64,000 bases of DNA from Monocercomonoides exilis PA203 (lineage: Eukaryota > Protista > Preaxostyla). Below, one piece after another: positions 50,784 through 61,390 of the stretch. The notes below the pieces were generated by a model. That model was given only the letters and a program-made list of their open reading frames with translations. It was not told the DNA's origin and did no database searches. The stretch is taken from the NCBI GenBank assembly GCA_001643675.2, contig LSRY02000009.1:1302001-1366000 (forward strand), read 5' to 3'. A program made the position numbers and the translations under genes. Numbering within the stretch: position 1 is the first letter of the stretch; every line of letters begins with the position of its first letter.

Positions 50784-51497
50784 ATTTGTGCAGTAGTTGT
50801 TGCTTCTATAGATATCTTCTTGTAATTAACATACTGCATTGATTCAGTGAAAAATTAATAAAAATATGATGCAATTCGTAAAAATATTCTATAAATAAGT
50901 TAATTTATATGAAATTCATACTTTCATGGCATCAACAAAGCTTCTTTGTTCATGATCATCATTGTGCAATATAAACATCCTCAAACTGCGTGAAAATAAT
51001 CTTCCTAAAAATCATAATCAAAAATAATAAAGAATTGAATGAAATGCTAATAATCATACAGTGCACACTTTTATAATATTTCCATACATTTGATTTGTCT
51101 CAGATTTACAAGCTGGGGTTCAATTCTTGACGAAAGAAAGTAATTTCTTATTTTTTGGATATTAAAAATATAATTGTGGGATTGATCAAAATATTTTAAT
51201 TTTTTAATTAATTTTTTAAAATGTTTTATTTTTTGAAAAATCATAAATAAAATAAGAGTATATAATAATAAATGACCTCACAGCTGCTTATTATTTTAAA
51301 ATTATCTCATTTTATCATTTTTATAAGAAAAATACCAGTGTTTATGGGTGATTTGTAAAAATTGTTTTTTCTCAAGGATCAAAAAGAATTTCAAAATTCC
51401 AGTCCATACAAATGTTTTATAATTAAATAAACTTTTTATATATCACAATGTTTTAAAGAATATCCAAGGATTGGGAATGTGCTATAAATACACCTAT
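50666..51497. repeat. Right arm of the 832-bp inverted repeat
   Basis: Reverse complement of 42349-43180. Confidence 0.95.
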
Positions 51498-51556
51498 GCC
51501 CTCTTCTTCTATTTTTGAATCTCAAAATTGTGTTAATGGTGTCCCTTTTTAAGAAA

Positions 51557-51702
51557 CTAGTTGTTGTGTTTGCTTAGCTGGCACTCTATCGGAAGGGTGC
51601 TGGACATGACTGTTCGTATTAGATACTGCAGCCTGCGGGCTGCTTTATCCGGACCTGGATACGACGAACAGCCTCCCAGGTGCACAACAGTTAGAATCCG
51701 AT
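51557..51702 (+). ncRNA. Candidate structured RNA of unknown class (multi-helix junction, cUGCGg tetraloop, pseudoknot)
   Basis: Hand-folded helices: 51557-69/51682-94 (13 bp), 51578-87/51594-603 (10 bp), 51610-17/51664-71 (8 bp), 51628-33/51638-43 (6 bp, loop UGCG), 51646-51/51656-61 (6 bp). Loop AUCGGA 51588-93 is complementary to UCCGAU 51697-702. All non-Watson-Crick pairs are G-U on the + strand. Confidence 0.6.
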
Positions 51703-52454
51703 TGTTTTCTTTTGGTTATTGTCCCTGATATGTCCCTATTTATTTCTTGGTTATTGTCCCGCTTATATATGTTTATATCGAGATTCATTAATAGAGAGAG
51801 TTGTGAGGGAATTCATTGATCTTTAAGTGAGGTTTTTGGAAAAGAGAGTTGTGGAGAGTGTGAAGTGATGTTTTGTCATTGTGTCTGTTTTTTTTCTTTG
51901 TTGGATTTGTTCTTTTTAAGTCAAAGATAGAGTAATATCAGAAAGTGTAGAGTGGATGGAAAATAGAGGGAATATAGACAAGTTAGTTTTAGAACTTTTT
52001 ATATAAGTTTTCTTTTTCGTTTGGAATTGTCTTTGATACCATGAATTTGTTGTAATAGTACTGTTTTTTCTAATATTTTTTATTGTTCAAAATTATTGAT
52101 ATTTTGTCGATATTTGGTGAATGTTTTATGATTATGCAATATAATTATGTTTCTTTTGAAAGTTGATGAATCTGATTAGAAAATTTCTGACTGTTTTCAA
52201 TTTTTTTAATGATCAATATTGTGAAGTACTATTTGTTTTTTATGTCATTTTGATTGCAAAACGATTGTTATTTTATTAACGTATATTTTTCACTTATCTT
52301 AGTAAATTTTTCCACTTGTTCGCCAAACAATTTATCGATAAACATGTTATATATTAATTAAGATATCAACAAAAATAAAATTTTCATAATAATCGATAAT
52401 ATAACAAAACAAATTTCAAAAATTTTACATCACCCAACAAAAAGCAAATAAATA

Positions 52455-52961
52455 ATGAAAATATTTCAAATTGAAAATCTCGATCACAAAAGTGGTCACT
52501 AATTTCTCTTCAGATTTTGCAACAAACAGACATAAAAAGATGTGGGGAAGCGGTTTGTGCGGAAATCTGAGAAAAAATTAGTGACCACTTTTGTGATCGC
52601 CAGTCATTTTGAAAAACACTTTTATTATGGTTCTCATCAGATTTGATCCGTTGAACGATCGGAACTATTATAAAACTGAAACTTGAAATGACTGGCGATC
52701 ACAAAAGTGGTCACTAATTTTTTCTCAGATTTCCGCACAAACCACTTCCCCACATCTTTTTATGTCTGTTTGTTGCAAAATCTGAAGAGAAATTAGTGAC
52801 CACTTTTGTGATCGAGATTATCAATTTGACATATTTTCATTAAATGTTGACTTTTTTTTGGTTTTTGTTGAGTCCAAAAAAATATATATGTATATATTCA
52901 ATATTTTTTTATATGATTAAATAAAAATGCATTTTATGAAATGAAAAACCATATTCACATT
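52455..52961. repeat. Right 507-bp inverted repeat containing the 386-bp nested palindrome (52455-52840)
   Basis: Reverse complement of 37897-38403, including the 76-nt spacer and the 121-bp outer extension; about four substitutions seen by eye. Confidence 0.97.
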
Positions 52962-55900
52962 TTATGACAATTATAAAAGCGACAATATTAGCAATCAGTG
53001 CGATAATTTACATCAAAAATGTGTCAGCCCGCGAATGGAATATCAATGAAAATGAAAATATATAAAATCCACATTCAGAAATTTATCTGCAAGCGATTCT
53101 TTTTTATGAGTATTTTTTTGTGATTCAACTCGTTAACGTCAAATGCTTGCTGTTTATTTCGTATGCAGTACAAGGCACATATTGCAATCTGTTCTGTGCA
53201 TCGAACGCAAACTCTGAAGCGAATATAAACCGAATATTAGTGGATGAAAAGCGAGAGACGAACGACACGCTTTTTCGGATGCAAACACCACTGTGTAATT
53301 CTCTCGCAAGTTCCACTTACCGGACAGTCTGTACACATACAATGGGAGAGAGTGTGGCAGCTTTATGGGGTCATATTTAGGCCATCACACATTGCTGATT
53401 CAGATTAGTGTGGTGTTAGCAGTGGAGAAAGAGGAGGAAATGGTTTCATCCAAGGGCTTAACATGTCAACTTTGGATATGTTCAAATTGACATTGCGTGT
53501 GGCAGATGCACTGGAGAAGGAGAAGATCATCCGGCCGAATGAGATTGTGATTGTGGAGCAGGCGCAGTGCATATAACTTGAAGAGGAGGTATTTGAAGAG
53601 GCGAAGCTTGATGCGCCCAGAGCAGCAAACTTTGTGGACCAGCAAGTGAATACAGCTATTTTCTGTAAATTTTAGTTTTTTTCATTCAATATTACCTGGA
53701 TTCTCGAAGGAGAGGGAGGTCAGGAAAGCAGAAAAGAAGAAGGCAAAATATTTTGAGCTTGATTAAAGAAAAGAAAAAAATTTCAAACAGATCGTCAAAT
53801 GCAATGGTGAAGATTTGAAGCAATGTGGTATGTTAAAATTTTCTTTTAATTATTGCAAATAATTTTTGTGCATTTATTTTAATATATATATATATATATA
53901 TTTTCATTTTTGTAATTTTTAGAACTTTTTATTCATTATTCTTTATTAACTTCCTAATTTTCTTGTGAGTTAATTTCAACGGTCATTTTGTGAATGCGCT
54001 TATTAACAATCTGCAGCACATTACATGTCTGAACTGTATCTGCATTGAAATCATTGATGCGCTTGATCTTTCCAGCTGTTTGGACTCACACAATCAACAA
54101 CCAATAAGTTTCGTGCAAGAAGTGATGAAAGAGCAATTTTTCATTTTATAAGGTTTGCACTATTTTTGATAATTGTTACAACTGTTTTAATCATATTTCT
54201 TATTTTTCTTTTTTTAACTTATTCAAACTATAATTTTTATTTATTCAATCAATTAATACGAAAAAATATGAACCATCCCTTTTCATGGTTTTATTTCTTT
54301 CAACCTTTTCTTCTAAGTTTGGGTGATGTGTCTTTTCCATGTGCTCTTTCCAGCGTTTTTATTGCCATTGGAAACAGAACAGATAAAAAAGACTGAACAA
54401 AGAGTTATCTCCCCCACCCTATCTGCTACCACTGCTATTTCAGTGACACAGCTGACTGCGTCCTCCCCGCTCACACTGGCTTCATCTCCTCCTAAGCTAC
54501 TCGAAATTAACTCTCATCATCATCATCGCCTTGTTCTTCTTCTCCTTTCTGAAATCAGTCATCCGCAAGCAGCTTTGATGCTTCCATGATTGAGTCAATT
54601 AAGCGCCATTCATATTCAGCAAACATCCTTTTATATTTCTAACAAGAGACCTCCTCTTCTGCTTCACCGCCAATTATATTTTGAGAATATTTCTTCTCCA
54701 TGAACCTTCAGATCTCCTTCTCCTCTTCCTCTCAACAGTTCCATTTGGTATCGATACTTCGTATTAGCTCCCACGAAATGCTATCTTGCTTATAACAATC
54801 TCTTTTAATGGAATCTCTTTCATGAACTTCATCGCAACAACAACCAAAGTTGAAAAATGCTCACACAGCACAGACTTTAACGAATCTTCAACATCTTCCA
54901 ACTCATCGAAACGTTCTTTTTCTTCTTTGATGTCCTCCTTCTACTGAAGGGATATCAATAAACAGATCGCTCTATTCTGTCCATCGAAATAAATCGCTTT
55001 CACGTCTATTTCTTGCTCCTAAATAAATAAAGTTGTCTCTTTCTGCCTATCCAAACTTTGCACTACCGCCGCTGAGCTTGTGTTCTTCAAATTTGAGATT
55101 TGCCTCTTCGTGTGTATAATCTGCAGAAGTCAACATTAACTTAAGTGGAGCTTCCAATTCTTCTTCTGGAGGAACAAACCATTATACACTTTGAAGCATC
55201 AATAGATGTTTGGGTTGGATGAGAGGCAATGCTCCTGCTCTTCTTGTCTCGCATTATAAGTCGACAACTCCTCTTATGGAGCGTGTTGGATGCAAATACG
55301 GGAACCCATTTACAAATAAACCACATACAGGGAAACTGGGTAATTTGCGTTGCATAACTACAATCTCCTGTGAAAGTTTCAGATGAGACGAAGAATTCGT
55401 TATTGTTCCCGTACGAGATATTCGTTAATGATTTGGAGGTTATTTAGAGAAAGAAGGAGAAGGAGAGAAGGAGAGAAAGATGGAGGCTTCTATAGAATAG
55501 GAAATGAGAATGACAAAAGAAGATTCTCGCCTTTGGAGATATACGGAGAAACCTTATCGAGTTATTCATCTTCCTCATCCTCCTTATTGAAGGCAAAGAC
55601 GCTTAAGCGTTTAACAGGAGGAAAAGAATTATTTATAATAAGAGATGCAAAGACAAGGACAAAATATCCGTGACAAATTCGAATGACTACCTGTTGTCTA
55701 CGATGTCGTCTGAGCGGAAGTGAAACAGAGATATCATGCACTCAATTGCAAAGAAGAGAGACAAAAGAGGAAGTGGCAGCAGAGGGGAAGTGAGCGGGAG
55801 TTGGAAAAAAAAGTTTTGTGTTCTCCTTCAACCACTCATTATCGGGAAATGTGCAGCTCCTCTCTTCGCATGTTCTGTCAACTGCATCGTCTGCTGCATC

Positions 55901-56195
55901 TTCAATAGCATTATTTATTTCTTTGTCCAAGCTCATCGTTTCGTCTTCTGCTAATACCATCGTTTGCATCAGGCAAGCATCTGGAAACACATCCTCCTCT
56001 TCACACTCTTAACACGACAATAGGAGTAACTTAGCGGAATTACTGAATTATCAATTTTCCGTCTCTCCTTCCTCAAAGATTCTTTTTGCAGGATAGCCTT
56101 CATTCTCTTTCATCTGATCGCTCATATTCTGGTCACCTAAGTGGTAAAAAAATGTTAGAAAGATTGCGTTATCCACACGCAAACCGTCTATCTCA

Positions 56196-58491
56196 TTGTT
56201 CTCCTCATATTCATCTTCCTCATCTTCTCCAGCAGTAACTGACCTCTCTCTCCATCCAAAATCACCTCATCGTTCTGAAATTGCTATGGCTCGCAGCATA
56301 AGAGCTATGCTTCCTCTCTTCCGCCGACGCTATCTCAACCGCTGTGCACAAGTTGCTTCTGCTTCATGTTCACCGTGCTCTTCCTCCTCCTCTTCCTCTT
56401 CCTCGTTGCTTCGCTCTTCTAGAAACAGATTTCTGACAAGCGAAGAGCAGCAGATGAGGAAGATGCAGCAACAGTTCGGAAGAAGAAGGAAAAGACAATA
56501 TTTTGTTTTTCCACCAGATGTGTTTGAGGCGCTGCCGCTGTTTGCAGAGTTTCGGATGGTGGAGCGGTATGCGGAGAATCTGGAGAAGAGGAAGAGAGAA
56601 AGAGAGAATGAATGAATGAGAGAAGAGAGAGAAAAAGAACAAGAGATCAAATAAAGATGAGGAAGGTATTGAAGCCCGAAAATGATGTAAATAATAATGA
56701 TGATGAAAATGATAATAAAGCAAAATCAGAAGAAAATGAGAGTTTATCATTGATTGGAAGAGATACTCTGAAGGAACCGAAGTAAAATGAAGAAAGTGAA
56801 TGCCTTTCCGACAGCTCCATCATCAGTGATGAAGAAGAGCGAAGAGAGAAGAGACACAAACAGAGAGAGAAACAGAGGCTGATGCGAAGGTATTACCAGG
56901 CGCTTGAGCTTCAACGTGATTCTGTTGTGAATGAAGTGCTTTTGATGGTCAGACCAAACCTGCTGCTTTCTCCGACGCCGATTGACGAATCAATAAAAAG
57001 ACCAGGAATGAGTGGGAATGCTGCAAAAAATGAAGGAGATGATAAAGAAGACGGAAAAGAAGAGAAAGAAGTGAACAATTCTTTGAATGAAAATGGAAAC
57101 AGTGAAGAAGTTGAAGGCGATGAAGATAGCACGAAAGACGAGGATCAAGAAGTGATTTTGGAGGATTCAACAAACAACTCAAAAGAAGCTTCATCAAAAG
57201 CAAAGATAATCAAATAGAAGCAGAAAAGATTACAAATACAAAAGAATCTATTAAAAACGATAAAAAACGGGAAACGGTCAATGATGAGCCAAGACCAGAG
57301 CCTCTTTCATCGCAATCACAACAAAAACTGCAGCAACAGAACATAACAACAACTCCCTCTCCAACGCCATCTCCTTCTCCACAGCCTAAGCAATATATTT
57401 CTGGAAGAGGAAACTTTGGAACGATACACTTTACACGAGGGAAGCGAATGGACGGTGGATGAAGAGGAGTCGGAGGGAGAGCGTTGATTGCGTACAGCCA
57501 AGAGATGGAGATGGGAAGAGGAGCTGTAGGTACACCTACAACTCCGCTATCACGTGCTGTTGGAGGAGGAATTGGAGGAAGAGGAGGAGAGGTGACGTTG
57601 GGTGTGATGGGGATGAAGGAGTTCAACAAAAAAGTTACAAGGGCGATGTCAGATGAGTTTCAGAATGAGAAAGGGAAAGTGGACGATGAAGAGTCGAAAA
57701 TCAGGTTCAATTCATTGGAATCTGATGATCAGAGAGAAAAACTACTTCTGCTAATGAAACTGCAGGATATACAGAAGAAGAAGAAGGAGAAAGAAGAGAA
57801 AGAGAGGAGGCGGAAGAAGATAGAAGAGCGGGAGCGCAGAAAAATGGAGAAAATGGCGAAGAAGATAGAGGAAAAAGATAAAAATCTGTTTAGCAGCATC
57901 CAAGGAATACTTCTACCATCCCGTGAGACAGGCACACCGATTAACCAGAAGGTGAACAAAATGGCAAGCGAGGCGCAACAAGAGGCGAAAGAAAGCCAAA
58001 CGCCATTTTTAACAAGAGAACTGAAATTGGACTGCACGCTGAATGACCTCTTTAATTCTGACTTTGAAGATTTGAGCTATGAACTGGATGTGCCTTTCCG
58101 CTATGTGCGAATCAAAAGCGAGGAAAATGGGTAATTTGTGTTAAAGATGCGGAAAATGCCTGTGTTAGCAGCAGTCGACGCGAGGCAGACCAGAACGCTG
58201 TTGGATCTGATGAGCGCACTGAAGAGCGGGCTGAGACAGAGCAGGGCGGAGTTGAGAAGAGGAAGAGGGATGAAGTGGAGGGGCTGGTGGTCGCACAAAG
58301 AGGAAGCAGAAGTGACACACAGGAAGGGAAGGAAAGGAGCAGGGAAAGGATCACCTCTGATGTTTCAAAAGGAGAAAGGGATAAGAACCTTTAGTCAGAG
58401 CTGCATGCCTGGGAGAAGAAATGCGCTGTCGTTCTCAAAATTGGTATCTTTCTCCGCTTTGCAGAATTCAATGGTGATGGATCTGATGTAG
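56196..58491 (+). pseudogene. Interrupted hypothetical low-complexity/coiled-coil protein gene
   Basis: A run of E/K/S-rich ORFs (56196-56615, 56882-57217, 57484-58134) with coding-like composition, separated by stops and frameshifts; no domain recognised. Confidence 0.35.
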
Positions 58492-59389
58492 AAATATTCT
58501 GAACTTAATTTGGTTGCGCCTTTTGATTCAGCTGCTGATCTTGCTGTAAATACAAACATTGCTCTTCATCCTCTCTCTAACTGCAATTCTTCACTTGTCA
58601 ATTCATCCTTTTTTATGAACATTCAACAGCAATCTTTTTTTTCTCTCAGAACATCTTTATCTCCTTCACTGCAATTCCAAGCAAAACTTCTTTCTTCTTA
58701 TTATCCTGCAGCTCCTGGCTAACTTTCTCCACTTTCACTGCCTGCTCCTTCTTCTTCTACTTCTTTTTCATTCAACTATCATCGAGTTCAGTGCCAGACC
58801 TCATCTTTCGTTGCAACTTGGAAAGAAACAAAGAAATACTTATTCTCGATGATACATCAGCTTAAGTTATATGTCAACTGAAACGATTCTCCACAAAGCA
58901 AAGAAAAGTCTGCAAATTATCAACAACTGAATCAATTCTGACTTTTTCATTTGGAGGCTGAAAGAGGCACAGATAAAAACGAAATAACGTTGAAGCAATT
59001 TTTGTTTGGAATGAATGAGTTTGAAAATAGCCTTCAGCAGATTTCGCAGCTACGAAATCACAACAAATAGTTGGAAATGAAACGATGAGTGAGAAAAGCA
59101 ATTTAGAGGAAAAGGCATATTTGAAGAGAAATTATATGAGACAGTTGGGTGAATCGTTCACGAACAAGTTGGAATAGAAAAATTGAGGAAAATATAATCT
59201 GAAGAAAATTACTAGATATGTATGAATATATTCTTTTTGAATATACAATAACAATGAAATTTTTTTCATGAGCTTTATTTTCATTCGATGAAAAAGAGAA
59301 AATAAATGAAGAAATTTCGAAGAAATATTTTTGTATGAGCCAATGTCAGACTTCTCGAAAGACAAGTGATGATATAGACTTCAAATGAA

Positions 59390-59680
59390 AAGAAGATGAA
59401 ATCTCAAGAATTTTTCAATGATATGGAAAATATTCAAAAATTTGTAAATGGAATTAATAATAAAGAAATTAGAAAATGTTTGTCATTTCCAGTGATTTTT
59501 GTGTCAACCGCGTCGAAAGTGAGTGTTTGAATGGGAACAAATGTTGAGGTGAGGAGGGTGAGGGAAGCGTCTTGGAGGAGGGAAATGAAGCCGGTGAGGG
59601 CATACTCGATGGTGGCACATGGGATCTGTTGGGGTCTGCCACATGCATCAGAATTAGTTCCTCTGTTTGAAACGATTTAA
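59390..59680 (-). pseudogene. Short duplicate of the 6540-6870 region (Pmp-like fragment plus the same breakpoint)
   Basis: tttccagtgattttngtgtcaaccgcg...gggcatactcgatggtggcacatggg is shared with 6677-6815, and similarity continues across the truncation junction. Confidence 0.7.
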
Positions 59681-59934
59681 TTCAAAGTGATGAAGATGAT
59701 CCAGATATTGAACTTGACTTAATCCAACGTTCCACTATTTCGTTTAACGCTTGATGAATTCGATGAAAGGAAAAAAAGAAATGGAGATTTGTTGGCTATA
59801 CAAAGACGAAAAGAAAAAAGAGAAATAACTATTATTTATAAATTGGTTTCAATATTTTTGTTTTCTTATCGTTTTTTCTGTTCTTATTTTAAATTTATTT
59901 ATTCATTTTTTTAATATTTTTAATTTATTTTAAT

Positions 59935-60142
59935 TAACTTGATCAAAAAAATTCTTTTTCATCTAAATCATATAAACATAGGTTTGTATTTTTGTTTAAA
60001 TGAAAAAAACAAATAAATGTTTTGTCAACACATGCTAAATACTCATGAAAAATCAATTCTTGTTATTAGATCTAAAAATACCACAATAGATTTTATTATT
60101 TCAATTTTTGATCTTTTTTTATGATATCAAAAAAAATCACCC
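59935..60142. repeat. Second copy of the dispersed repeat ending in ...AAAATCACCC
   Basis: Homologous to 12345-12553. Confidence 0.65.
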
Positions 60143-61390
60143 AAATGGTCAATCATATGATGAAAGCATTTGGAGAAGAAAGAAGAGGTGAGGAAAGAAA
60201 ATTTGAAAAAAGACAGAACAGAGGAAATAAAGATTCACGAGTTTTTATGGGAAACTGAACAGAAGCAGAGGAGCTGAAGCTGATGAAGCAGACGAAGAGA
60301 AAGAGGCAACGAAGACAACAAAGGCGATCTATTGCTTAGCGGGAAAAGCCAAGAACATTCTTTTTTTTAAGAGAACGAATTTGGTGAAAAGAGGAGCTTT
60401 TTTAACTTGAAGAACTCAATTCTTTGTATTTGATTAAGTGCGTCTCCTCGATTTTTTTAACATCCCAGACAGCTGCAGGTTCGCAACATCAGATGGAAGG
60501 AAAAGTTCTTATCCCCACATTTTGAATTATATATGCTTTGACTGCATTATTTTCTGCGCTTTCATCCACAATGTTTCCATATGACTCGCTAACTTCATCT
60601 TTTTCATTATATCTGACTTCAAAACAAATATTGATTCCACTGGACACAGGCACATTCAGATTACCATGAGAAAAAGAAACAAGATGTTCAACGATCTGCA
60701 TCTTTCTGCCTTCATTTTTTCTCTCGAAACTCCATCTTCACACGTTTTATGGATGGCCACTTCCAGCTTATGTTAGAAAAGAAAATCGAATATCAATTCC
60801 TTCTCTTATAATTGAGAACCACGATCTATGGGTAGTCGCCCGTGAGGATCAAGGTTGTGAAAGGGGAAAATTTGAAATGCAAGTTACAATCTCATTACAG
60901 CTTAACCATTAACCAACAATTAAAAAAAACGGAAAGTTCCAAGCATATGAACCAACAATAAAAAATATTTTTCATAAAGAATAACAAAGAAAACGTAATA
61001 TAAATTAATTTCAAATTAGTTTTATTTGTCGAAAATGCACTTTTTATAACTTTCTATTTTTCATTCAATCTATCCCATGAACATTTACAAACTTTCCTAA
61101 TTTTAATAGTTTTTTTTATGAAGGCTTGGAGCTTTTTCATCTCATAGCAAGGTATTCAATAGTTATATTTTGTAACAGTTGCAAATAACTTTTTGAAAAA
61201 TTTTCACATCATCATTTTTGGCTGTTATTATTCAAAACAAATAGAATCTTTGATTTTTCATTCTATTAAGAAAAGTTCTTTATCAATAATATGTGCATGA
61301 ATTTCATTGAATGAAAACAAACTTTTAGAAAACTGCTATTGCGAACTATTTGATCTTCTGACAAAATTTTCAAACTGAGTTCAAAGAAAT

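Noticed and set aside
51630-51665. Minus strand CAGGTCCGGATAAAGCAGCC resembles bacterial SRP RNA helix 8 (CAGGUCCGGAAGGAAGCAGCC)
   Set aside because: The GNRA-capped stem cannot form, and the G-U pairs and UNCG loop favour the + strand, so the resemblance is probably coincidental.
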